Assembly: GCA_046731295.1 (NCBI GenBank)
Contig: JBKPKU010000081.1
Span: 1-63,945 of the forward strand
Source of the DNA: Actinomycetota bacterium
GTDB lineage: Bacteria; Actinomycetota; UBA4738; HRBIN12
Direction: 5' to 3'
DNA: 63,945 nt
Shown here: in pieces, positions 8,250-16,869 of the stretch
How the letters are laid out: each line of letters begins with the position of its first letter
How positions within the stretch are numbered: position 1 is the first letter of the stretch
Notes under the pieces: generated by a model
The model's input: the letters and a program-made list of their open reading frames with translations, nothing else
What the model was told of the DNA's origin: nothing
Databases searched by the model: none
Position numbers and translations under genes: made by a program

Positions 8250-9176
8250 TCATGAGTCCCCATGAAGGTACCCGGCCACGGCGTCGGTGAGCCGGGGCAT
8301 GTCGTCGGCGAACCAGCGGACCCGAGGATCGCGCCGGAACCATGCGAGCTGGCGGCGCGCGAGCGCCTTCGTGCGCTTGACGGTTCGGGCGACCGCTTCG
8401 TCCAGGCTCAGCTCACCTTCCAGGTGCCGGGCGAAGTCAGCGTAGCCGATGGCCCGGCTCGCGGTGAGCCATCCGGTCAGTCCTCGGTGTGCGAGCTCCT
8501 TGACCTCCTCGATGAGCCCATCGGCGAGCAGCGCCCCGACGCGGGCCTCGATGCGCTCGTACAGCTCCGAGCGCGGCACGTCGATCCCGGCCGCCCGAAC
8601 GCGTTCCGGCCGGTAGCGATCCCACGCCTCGGCGTAGCTCGAGAACGGCCGCCCGGTGATCTCGGCGACCTCGAGCGCCCGGACCGTTCGGCGGACGTTG
8701 TCGGGCTCGATGCGGTGGGCGGCAGCCGGATCGAGCTCGGACAGGCGCCGGTACATCTCGACGGCGCCGGCGTCCGTCGCCTCCCGGTGGAGCCGCTCGC
8801 GGACCGCCGGGTCGGTTGGCGGGAAGAGGAGGTCGTCGACGACGGCCCGCACGTACAGTCCCGACCCACCCACGAGCACGGGGTCGCGACCGCGAGAGCG
8901 CACTTCGTCGATCGCCTCGCGCGCCAGCCGCTGGTACCGAGCCACGGTGAACGGCTCGGAGGGTTCGGCGACGTCGACGAGATGATGAGGCACGCGCGAA
9001 CGCTGCTCGAGCGTCGGCTTGGCCGTCCCGACGTCCATGCCCCGGTACACGGCGGTCGAGTCGGCGCACACGATCTCGGCGCCGAGGCGTTCGGCGACCT
9101 CGAGCGCGAGCTCGGTCTTGCCCGACGCGGTCGGCCCGACGATCGCGAGGAGCGGCTCGGTCTCTTGCACGGCCAT
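8250..9176 (-). CDS. miaA: tRNA dimethylallyltransferase
   Basis: P-loop GPTASGKT followed by ...DSTAVYRGMDVGTAKPT... Confidence 0.9.
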   Translation of the reverse strand: MAVQETEPLLAIVGPTASGKTELALEVAERLGAEIVCADSTAVYRGMDVGTAKPTLEQRSRVPHHLVDVAEPSEPFTVARYQRLAREAIDEVRSRGRDPVLVGGSGLYVRAVVDDLLFPPTDPAVRERLHREATDAGAVEMYRRLSELDPAAAHRIEPDNVRRTVRALEVAEITGRPFSSYAEAWDRYRPERVRAAGIDVPRSELYERIEARVGALLADGLIEEVKELAHRGLTGWLTASRAIGYADFARHLEGELSLDEAVARTVKRTKALARRQLAWFRRDPRVRWFADDMPRLTDAVAGYLHGDS

Positions 9177-10522
9177 CAGGCCGGGGCGGGCGCCTCACGG
9201 CGGACGGGCTCGCCCACCAGGTGGTGCGGGTGCGCCCGGACGATGCGGATGTCGAGGAACGAGCCCGGCGCGACCTCGCCCTCGAGGTTCACGACGCGGT
9301 TGGTCCGCGTTCGTCCCTGCGAACCGCCGCGGCGGCCGGGGCCCTCCACGAGCACCTCGACCGTCGAGTCGACCTGGGCGCGCATGCGCTCGAGCGAGAT
9401 CTCCTCCTGCTGCGCGACGAGCCGGTCGAACCGCTCCTGCACGACCGCCTTGTCGACCTGGTCCTCCATCACCGCCGCGCGCGTGCCCGGCCTCGGCGAG
9501 TACTGGAACGTGTAGGCCTGGTCGAACCGGGCCCGCCGGACCGCGTCCAGCGTCTGCTCGAAGTCCTCCTCGGTCTCGCCGGGGAACCCCACGATGATGT
9601 CCGTGCTCACGGCGATGTCCGGGATCGCGACGCGGATGCGCTCGAGCCAACCGAGGTACCGCTCGCGCCGGTACGAGCGTCGCATCGCCTTCAGCACGCG
9701 GTCCGAACCCGACTGCAGCGGGAAATGAATGTGCTCGCACACCTTGTCGCTCTCGGCCATCGCGTCGATCACGTCGGGCGTGAAGTCGTGCGGGTGCGGG
9801 CTGGTGAACCGGATCCGGCGCAGGCCCTCGGCGTCGTTCACCGCCCGCAAGAGGTCGGCGAAGAGCGGCCGCCGCGACGAACCGGGCACCGTGAGGTCGC
9901 GGCCGTACGTGTTCACGTTCTGCCCGAGCAGCGTGACCTCGACCACGCGGCGGCGGGCGAGCCCCTGGACCTCGGCAAGGACGTCCCCGATCGGGCGCGA
10001 CAGCTGCGGGCCGCGGACGAGCGGCACGATGCAGAACGTGCACGCGTTGTCGCATCCCACCGCGATCGAGACCCAGGCATGGTGCGCCATCTCACGGCGG
10101 GCCGGCAGGGCGCTCGGGAAGACCTCTGTGAATTCGCGCACGTCCATCTGCGGGCCCTCGGTCTCGGCGCGGTGGAGCAGCTCGAGGAGGCCCGGCAGAG
10201 CGTGCGTGCCGACCACGACGTCGACCCACGGCGCCTTGCGCTGGATCAGCCCGCCGTCCTTCTGCGCGAGGCAGCCGGCCACCACGATGCGCAGCCGCGG
10301 GTTCCGCTCCTTCAGCGGCCGAAGGTGCCCGAGGTTCCCGTACAGGCGGTTGTCCGCGTTCTCCCGGATCGCGCACGTATTGAACACCACGACGCTCGCG
10401 TTCGCGGCCTGCTCGGTCGGCACGTAGCCGTCCGCGGTGAGCAGGCCGGCGATGCGCTCGGAGTCGTGCTCGTTCATCTGGCACCCGAAGGTGCGCAGCA
10501 GGTAGCGGCGCTCGGTGGTCAC
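9176..10522 (-). CDS. miaB: tRNA-i6A37 methylthiotransferase (radical SAM)
   Basis: LRTFGCQMNEHDSE N-terminal domain, CDNACTFCIVP radical-SAM cluster, C-terminal TRAM domain. Confidence 0.9.
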   Translation of the reverse strand: MTTERRYLLRTFGCQMNEHDSERIAGLLTADGYVPTEQAANASVVVFNTCAIRENADNRLYGNLGHLRPLKERNPRLRIVVAGCLAQKDGGLIQRKAPWVDVVVGTHALPGLLELLHRAETEGPQMDVREFTEVFPSALPARREMAHHAWVSIAVGCDNACTFCIVPLVRGPQLSRPIGDVLAEVQGLARRRVVEVTLLGQNVNTYGRDLTVPGSSRRPLFADLLRAVNDAEGLRRIRFTSPHPHDFTPDVIDAMAESDKVCEHIHFPLQSGSDRVLKAMRRSYRRERYLGWLERIRVAIPDIAVSTDIIVGFPGETEEDFEQTLDAVRRARFDQAYTFQYSPRPGTRAAVMEDQVDKAVVQERFDRLVAQQEEISLERMRAQVDSTVEVLVEGPGRRGGSQGRTRTNRVVNLEGEVAPGSFLDIRIVRAHPHHLVGEPVRREAPAPA

Positions 10523-10550
10523 GGTCTCCAGGCTACCCGGCCGACGCGGT

Positions 10551-12080
10551 CTACTTCGCGTACTCGACCGAGCGGGTCTCCCGCACCACGGTGATCTTGA
10601 TCTGGCCGGGGTACTGGAGCTCCTCCTCGACCTGCTTGGCGATGTCGCGCGCCATGACCTGCGCGGCCAGGTCGTCCACGTCCTCCGGCTTGACCATCAC
10701 CCGGACCTCGCGGCCCGCCTGCATCGCGTAGACCTTCTCCACGCCCGGGTAGCCCGTGCAGATCTCCTCCAGGCGCTCGAGCCGCTTGATGTAGGTCTCC
10801 AGGCTCTCGCGCCGCGCCCCCGGCCGGCCGCCCGAGATCCCGTCGGCGATCTGCGCGATCACCGCCTCGATCGTTCGCTGCTCGACCTCGCCGTGGTGCG
10901 ACTCGATGCAGTGGACGACCTCTGGGGATTCCTTCATGCGCCGGGCGATCTCGGCGCCGATGATGGCGTGCGAGCCCTCGACCTCGTGCGTGACCGCCTT
11001 GCCGACGTCGTGCAGGAGCGCGCCCCGCTTGGGGATCGCGGGATCGATCCCGAGCTCGGCCGCGATGGCCGCGGCGATGTGTGCCGACTCGACCAGATGC
11101 TTGAGGACGTTCTGCCCGTACGAGGTTCGGAACTGGAGCCGGCCGAGCAGTCGGACCATCTCCGGGTGCAGGTCCGTGATGCCGGTGTCGAGCGCCGCCT
11201 CCTCGCCGGCCCGGCGGATCTGCTCGTCGATCTCCTTCTGGGAGCGCTCGAACGTCTCCTCGATCCGGGCGGGATGGATCCGCCCGTCCTGCACGAGCTT
11301 CTCGAGCGTGAGCCGGGCCGTCTCGCGACGGACGGGGTCGAAGCTCGACAGGACGACCGCCTCCGGCGTGTCGTCGATGATGAGGTTCACGCCGGTCGTC
11401 GCCTCGAACGCGCGGATGTTCCGGCCCTCGCGTCCGATGATCCGGCCCTTCATGTCCTCGCTCGGCAGCGAGAACACGCTCACGGTCGACTCCGAGGTCT
11501 GCTCCGAGGCCACACGCTGGATCGCGATCGTCACGATCTTGCGCGCTCGCTCCTCGCCCTCCTCGCGGGCGCGCTGCTCGATCTCGCGGACCGTCCCCAT
11601 CGCCTCGCGTTTGGCCTCGTCCACGACCTGTGTGCGGAGCGCCTCCTTGGCCTCGGACGCGGTCATCCGGGCGATCCGCTCCAGGGCTGCGCGATGCTGC
11701 ATCGCCGACTGCTCGAGCTGCTGGCGAACCAGCTGGAGCTTGCGATCACGGTCGTCGAGCTCGTCGGATCGCCGGTCCGCCTCGTCGACCTTGCGGTCGA
11801 CCGCGCGCTCCTTGTGGGTCAGGCGCTCCTCCTGGCGCTTGATCTCCTCGCGCCGGGACCGAACGTCCTCCTCGGTATCGCGGCGGAGCGCCCCGATCTC
11901 GTCCTTGGCCTCCACGAGCGCCTCGCGCGTCAGGCGCTCGGCCTCCCGTTCGGCCTCCAGGATCACCTTCTGGGCTCTGCCCTCGGCGCTCTCGACCTGG
12001 GATCGGGCGACGGCCCGCCGCACCACGAACCCGATCGCGACGCCCAGGGCCAGGGCCACCACGCCGATCACGACTTCCAT
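10551..12080 (-). CDS. rny: Ribonuclease Y
   Basis: N-terminal TM helix, long coiled-coil, KH (GRIIGREGRNIRAFE) and HD domain (LLHDVGKA...). Confidence 0.9.
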   Translation of the reverse strand: MEVVIGVVALALGVAIGFVVRRAVARSQVESAEGRAQKVILEAEREAERLTREALVEAKDEIGALRRDTEEDVRSRREEIKRQEERLTHKERAVDRKVDEADRRSDELDDRDRKLQLVRQQLEQSAMQHRAALERIARMTASEAKEALRTQVVDEAKREAMGTVREIEQRAREEGEERARKIVTIAIQRVASEQTSESTVSVFSLPSEDMKGRIIGREGRNIRAFEATTGVNLIIDDTPEAVVLSSFDPVRRETARLTLEKLVQDGRIHPARIEETFERSQKEIDEQIRRAGEEAALDTGITDLHPEMVRLLGRLQFRTSYGQNVLKHLVESAHIAAAIAAELGIDPAIPKRGALLHDVGKAVTHEVEGSHAIIGAEIARRMKESPEVVHCIESHHGEVEQRTIEAVIAQIADGISGGRPGARRESLETYIKRLERLEEICTGYPGVEKVYAMQAGREVRVMVKPEDVDDLAAQVMARDIAKQVEEELQYPGQIKITVVRETRSVEYAK

Positions 12081-12106
12081 CGGTTCACCGCCTCTTCAGG
12101 ACACGG

Positions 12107-12149
12107 AAAAAACGGCCGAACGGAGGCCCAACCGGGCCCTGCTCGGCCG
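12107..12149 (-). terminator. Rho-independent terminator-like hairpin with U6 tract, 26 nt upstream of the rny start
   Basis: Minus strand reads CGGCCGAGCAGGGCCCGGTTGGGCCTCCGTTCGGCCG followed by TTTTTT. Outer 7-bp and inner 5-bp GC stems. Confidence 0.6.
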
Positions 12150-12347
12150 TGCGTCCGAACGATGGCGGGACTAGGGCGATGCCGGGGCCGGCGGCCCCTC
12201 GCGCCCTCCCATCCGATCTGCTTCCTGTGTCGGGTGGATTCTCAAGGTTTCAGCACGGTGAACAGTTGACCAACGGATTGGTGCCTCGTCGGACAGAGCC
12301 TACGGCGTGGCCAGTTCGCAGGCAAGGGTGTTGGCGGTCGGCTCGGC

Positions 12348-12854
12348 CTACATCCCCTCCGACCTGGCGTTCTCCACGTCCCCGAGGAGCCGGAGGGCCC
12401 GCCGGGCCGCCTCGCGGGCCGTCTGCGGATCGTACCCGCGGCGCATGAGCACCGAAGACAGCCGCCCGAACGCCTTGTCCGGAGGCAGCCCCGCGAGCCG
12501 CGAGGCACGCTCTCGTGCGAGCCCGAGCGCGCGCTCGTCCTCGTCCTCCCCCAGCCCGGCCACGGCCTCCTCGATCACCTCCCGTGACACGCCCTTTGCG
12601 GCGAGGGCTCCCACGATCGCGCGCCGGCCGCTCCGGCGCGAGATGACGTGGTGCCGGGCCAGCTCTCGCGCGAAGGCCTCGTCGTCGACCAGGCCGACGG
12701 CCTCGAGCCGAATCAACTCCTCGTCGACCTCGGCGAGCTCGAACCCGGCCCGGCGGAGCCGGACCTCGAGTTCGCGGCGCGACCGCGGCCGGACGGCGAG
12801 CAGCCGCAGGGCGCGTTCGTGGAGGTCGAGCGGGTGCTTGGCCATCCGAGTCAT
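12348..12854 (-). CDS. recX: Recombination regulator RecX
   Basis: Three-helix repeat pattern (ALRLLAVRPRSRRELEVRLRRAGF...). Lies immediately downstream of recA. Confidence 0.85.
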   Translation of the reverse strand: MTRMAKHPLDLHERALRLLAVRPRSRRELEVRLRRAGFELAEVDEELIRLEAVGLVDDEAFARELARHHVISRRSGRRAIVGALAAKGVSREVIEEAVAGLGEDEDERALGLARERASRLAGLPPDKAFGRLSSVLMRRGYDPQTAREAARRALRLLGDVENARSEGM

Positions 12855-12884
12855 GTGAGAGCCGGGGACGGAGCGGGCCTTCCC

Positions 12885-14006
12885 CTAACCCGCTCGCGCC
12901 CCGGTGGTCTCACGCTCCTTGTCGGCCTTGGCCGCCTTGGGGGCCGGCTCGGTCGCCTCGTCGGCCACCACCAGGTCGGGGACGACTTCGATCGGGGTCT
13001 CGTCCCCCTCGGCGCCGAACGCCGTCAGGCCGACCGCCTCGCGCACCCGCCGCTCGATGTCGGTCGCGATGTCGGTGTGCTCGGCCAGGAACTGCCGGGC
13101 GTTCTCTCGACCCTGTCCGAGCTGATCGCCCTCGTAGGTGAACCACGCGCCGCTCTTCTTCACGATCTCGAGGTCGACGCCGACGTCGAGCAGGCTCCCC
13201 TCCTTGGAGATGCCCAGCCCGTACATGATGTCGAACTCGCACTGGCGGAACGGCGGCGCCACCTTGTTCTTCACGACCTTGACCCGCGTGCGCGAACCCA
13301 CGACATCGGTGCCGTCCTTCAGGTTCTCGACCTTGCGGACGTCCAGCCGCACCGACGAGTAGAACTTCAGCGCGCGGCCGCCCGGCGTGGTCTCCGGGTT
13401 GCCGAACATCACGCCGATCTTCTCGCGCAGCTGGTTGATGAAGATCGCCGTCGTGTCGAACCGCGACAGCGTCCCGGAGAGCTTGCGCATCGCCTGCGAC
13501 ATCAGCCGCGCCTGCAGGCCGACGTGCGTGTCGCCCATCTCCCCCTCGATCTCGGCGCGCGGCACGAGCGCGGCGACCGAGTCGATCACGACCACGTCCA
13601 GCGCGCCCGAGCGCACCAGCAGGTCGGCGATCTCCAGTGCCTGCTCGCCCGAGTCCGGCTGGGAGACCAGGAGCTCGTCGATGTTGACGCCCAGGCGCTG
13701 CGCGTACGTGGGATCCAGCGCGTGTTCGGCGTCGATGAACGCGGCGATGCCGCCGTGGCGCTGGGCCTCCGCGATCACGTGCAGGCAGACCGTGGTCTTG
13801 CCCGAGCCCTCGGGGCCGAACACCTCGACCACCCGCCCGCGCGGGATGCCGCCCACGCCCAGCGCGATGTCCAGCGCGAGCGAGCCCGTCGGGATCACCG
13901 AGATGCCGGCGCCCATCGGGTGCTCGCCGAGCTTCATGACCGCGCCCTTGCCGAACTGCTTCTCGATCTGCGTGAGCGTGACGTCCAGCATCTTGTCCCG
14001 GTCCAT
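12885..14006 (-). CDS. recA: Recombinase RecA
   Basis: [27 protein letters not shown]..., Walker [10 protein letters not shown]. Start at the ATG preceded by GAAGGAGG. The GTG-extended ORF to 14117 is judged unlikely. Confidence 0.95.
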   Translation of the reverse strand: MDRDKMLDVTLTQIEKQFGKGAVMKLGEHPMGAGISVIPTGSLALDIALGVGGIPRGRVVEVFGPEGSGKTTVCLHVIAEAQRHGGIAAFIDAEHALDPTYAQRLGVNIDELLVSQPDSGEQALEIADLLVRSGALDVVVIDSVAALVPRAEIEGEMGDTHVGLQARLMSQAMRKLSGTLSRFDTTAIFINQLREKIGVMFGNPETTPGGRALKFYSSVRLDVRKVENLKDGTDVVGSRTRVKVVKNKVAPPFRQCEFDIMYGLGISKEGSLLDVGVDLEIVKKSGAWFTYEGDQLGQGRENARQFLAEHTDIATDIERRVREAVGLTAFGAEGDETPIEVVPDLVVADEATEPAPKAAKADKERETTGARAG

Positions 14007-14162
14007 CTGCGAAGCCTCCTTCGTCCGACCCTGCGGGTCCTCTCGGGCCCAGCGGGCGACCGCCCGCGAGAGCTCGTCCTGGTCGGGAGGGCGAACGCTA
14101 GCGCGCGGGTCTGACACGGATTACACCCCTGTAGTTACCGTCCTGCAACCCGTGGAGCGTAC

Positions 14163-14178
14163 TCGAACAGGTGTTCGA
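14163..14178. promoter_or_regulatory. LexA (SOS) box TCGAAC-AGGT-GTTCGA upstream of recA
   Basis: Perfect palindromic consensus box, 157 nt upstream of the recA ATG and just after the thpR stop. Confidence 0.8.
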
Positions 14179-14180
14179 GG

Positions 14181-14762
14181 TCAACGACCCCCGAGTGGCT
14201 CGACGACCATCGGCTCGTACACCGGGGCCGGGCGCCGGAGATGGCTGCGGAACAGCACGATGCGGCCGACCTCGAACGGCTCGCTCTCGAACGCGATCTC
14301 GTCCGGGTCCACGGCGACCGTGGGCTCGAAGCGCGCGACGGTCAGGTGGGGCGTGAACGCCCGCTTCTCGGTCTCGAACTCCCTCGACAGCGCCTCGTCA
14401 AGATCGGCCGCGAGGCGCCCGAAAGCTGAGCCCGCGTCGTCCAGGCCCGCCCACAGGACGCGGGCGCGCCGGGCGTTCGGGAACGCGCCGAGGCCCTCGA
14501 CCCGGGTGGTGAACGGCGCATGGCGCGACGCCAACTCCCCCACCGTCGCGGTCACCCACTCCACGAGCCGCGGATAGGTGGATCCGAGGAACTTCAGCGT
14601 CACGTGCTGGTTCTGCGTCGGCACCCAGCGGGCCTTCGGGAACCGCTCGCGGAGCGGGGCCACGGCACCGGCGACCGCGGCGCGGACGTCCTCGGGCACC
14701 TCGGTCGCGACGAACAGCCGCAGCGGCCTCGCCTCCGGCCGGGACGCCCGATCGCGCGCCAT
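14181..14762 (-). CDS. thpR: RNA 2',3'-cyclic phosphodiesterase (2H family, ThpR/LigT)
   Basis: Two HxT motifs (HVTLKF, HLTVAR) with appropriate spacing. Confidence 0.8.
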   Translation of the reverse strand: MARDRASRPEARPLRLFVATEVPEDVRAAVAGAVAPLRERFPKARWVPTQNQHVTLKFLGSTYPRLVEWVTATVGELASRHAPFTTRVEGLGAFPNARRARVLWAGLDDAGSAFGRLAADLDEALSREFETEKRAFTPHLTVARFEPTVAVDPDEIAFESEPFEVGRIVLFRSHLRRPAPVYEPMVVEPLGGR

Positions 14763-16009
14763 CAGTCTCGAAGGGACATGCCGAGCACGTGGCGGCGCAC
14801 CAGGTCGAGGGCCGCCATCTCGGCGAACCGACGGATCAGCTCACGGTCGAACGGCCACCGGAAGCCGTACTGGTGCTCGACCCCGCCGGCATCCAGGCCG
14901 ATCCACACCTGGCCGGGTTCGGCGTCACCGTGCGACTCGGGGCCCGCGGCGCCGGTGAGCGCGACCGCGATGTCGGCCCCGAACAACCGGCGGGCGCCCG
15001 CCGCCATCTCAGCGGCGCACTCCCGGCTCACCGGTCCCGGGCCGTCGAGCGTCTCGGCCGACACGTGCAGGATCGATCGCTTGGCCCCGAGCGCGTACGT
15101 CACCGCGGATCCGAGGAAGTACGAGGACGCGCCCGGCACCGTGGTGATGCGTTCGCCGAGGCCGCCGCCGGTCAACGACTCGGCGCATGCCAGGGTCAGT
15201 CCCCGTTCGGCCAGGAGCCGACCCACGACGGCCTCCATCGTCTCGTCGTCCGTGCCGTACACGTGGTCGCCGAGCGCCTCCCGGACGCGCGCCTCGAGCG
15301 GCTCGAGGAGGGACGCCGCCTGCTCGCGTGTGCCCGCCTTGGCGGAGAGCCTGACGTGCACCTCGCCGCCGCCCGCGAGGTAGGCCATCGACGGGTTGGC
15401 GGCCGCGTGGAACACGTCGTCGAGGAGCTCGGCGATGCGCGACTCGGCCAGGCCGTAGCAGCGCAGGGTCCGCGAGACGAGCGCGTTCGGTCCCGCCAGC
15501 CCTGCGAGCTCGGGCAGCACCACCCCCTCCATCATCTCCCGCATCTCCGAGGGAACGCCCGGCACCGCATAAACGGTGGCCTGGCCGACCGAAACGATCA
15601 GGCCCGGCGCGGTGCCGCGTTCGGGGCGGATGTACCGGCCGGGCTCGGGCACGTCGGCCTGCGCCAGGTTGGACTCGGGCATCTTGCGGCCGCGGACCCG
15701 GAACCGTTCGCGAAGCTCCTGCTCGATCTCGGGGTGTCGAACGAGCGTCGCACCGGCGGCCTCGGCCAGGGCCGGACGCGTCACGTCGTCCTGGGTGGGG
15801 CCCAGGCCCCCGGTGACGACGACGACGTCGCTCCTGGAGGCGGCGAGCCGGATCGTCGCCACGATGCGATCGGCGTTGTCGCCCACGACCTGCTCGTGCA
15901 GCACGTCGATCCCGAGCTCGGCAAGGCGCTCGGAGATCCACTGCGCATTCGTGTTGGCGATCTGCCCGATCAGCAGCTCGGTTCCGACCGCCACCAGCTC
16001 GGCCCGCAC
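14762..16009 (-). CDS. cinA: Competence/damage-inducible protein CinA (MoCF-like domain plus nicotinamide-nucleotide amidase domain)
   Basis: MRAELVAVGTELLIGQIANTNAQW...VVVTGGLGPTQDDVTR, with a C-terminal PncC-like domain. Confidence 0.85.
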   Translation of the reverse strand: MRAELVAVGTELLIGQIANTNAQWISERLAELGIDVLHEQVVGDNADRIVATIRLAASRSDVVVVTGGLGPTQDDVTRPALAEAAGATLVRHPEIEQELRERFRVRGRKMPESNLAQADVPEPGRYIRPERGTAPGLIVSVGQATVYAVPGVPSEMREMMEGVVLPELAGLAGPNALVSRTLRCYGLAESRIAELLDDVFHAAANPSMAYLAGGGEVHVRLSAKAGTREQAASLLEPLEARVREALGDHVYGTDDETMEAVVGRLLAERGLTLACAESLTGGGLGERITTVPGASSYFLGSAVTYALGAKRSILHVSAETLDGPGPVSRECAAEMAAGARRLFGADIAVALTGAAGPESHGDAEPGQVWIGLDAGGVEHQYGFRWPFDRELIRRFAEMAALDLVRRHVLGMSLRD

Positions 16010-16018
16010 CGGACCGGA

Positions 16019-16744
16019 TCAGCCCCCGGAGGTGGTCTCGTCGTAGCTGTACGTCTCGTGCCAGGGCTTGCCGGCCTTGCCGGGGAAGCCCTTGGAGACG
16101 CCGTTCACGGTGATCTTCGCGCCGCGTCCGTCCGAAAGCCGGATCCACACCGACGAGTCGCCGTGGAACGAGCGGCCCTCGCCGGCCTCGAGCGAGAACG
16201 GCTGCTCCCGGCCCCCGTCGGCCACGATCGAGACCTCGATCGGGACGCGCGCCTCTACGGCGACGGTGATCCCCTGGGCGAGCTCGGAGGCCGCGACCAC
16301 CGAGCCCGACTCGGCGCCGGAAAGGTTCGCCGGGGCCGGGGCCGGCCGGCGTGCCGACAGGATGCCGAACGCCCCGGCCACGACCAGGACCACGGCCGCG
16401 ACCAGGATCCACAGCCGGTGGTCGTCCCGGCGGCGGTGGGCGCCCAGCACGGGTTCGGTGCGCGGCGGAGGTGTCGTGATCGTCGGTCCTTCCTCGGCTT
16501 GCGGGTGCTCGGTCTCGTAGACGGCGACGACCTTGTCCGGCGACAGTCGTAGGTAGGTGGCGTAGGTGCGCAGGCACCCGCGCACGTGCACGTCGCCCAG
16601 GAGGTGATCGAAGTGCTCGGTCTCGATCGCCTCGAGGAACTCTCGGCGTACGCGCGTGTCGCGCGCCGCCTCCTCCAATGTCACGCCCCGCCCCTCGCGC
16701 ACCTTCCGCAGCGCAGGGCCGACGCTCGGCGTGGTTCGCTGCAC
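16019..16744 (-). CDS. RodZ-like HTH membrane protein (XRE HTH, TM helix, DUF4115-like C-terminus)
   Basis: GPALRKVREGRGVTLEEAARDTRVRREFLEAIE, one TM helix (LWILVAAVVLVVAGAFGIL) and a C-terminal beta-rich domain ending ...KITVNG. GTG start. Confidence 0.65.
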   Translation of the reverse strand: MQRTTPSVGPALRKVREGRGVTLEEAARDTRVRREFLEAIETEHFDHLLGDVHVRGCLRTYATYLRLSPDKVVAVYETEHPQAEEGPTITTPPPRTEPVLGAHRRRDDHRLWILVAAVVLVVAGAFGILSARRPAPAPANLSGAESGSVVAASELAQGITVAVEARVPIEVSIVADGGREQPFSLEAGEGRSFHGDSSVWIRLSDGRGAKITVNGVSKGFPGKAGKPWHETYSYDETTSGG

Positions 16745-16869
16745 CCCTCATCTCCCGGCCTGGATCGCCGGGCATCCTAACGGACTGCCCGGAAGCGAGA
16801 CCCCTGGCCAGCCCGGGACCAAGGCCCGATGTGCCTGCCGAAACCGGTGGGCATCGTCTTGGACGAGCC

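Noticed and set aside
14007-14117. GTG-initiated 37-codon N-terminal extension of recA
   Set aside because: RecA homology begins at MDRDKMLD, and that ATG has a GAAGGAGG Shine-Dalgarno. The extension has no RecA-like sequence.
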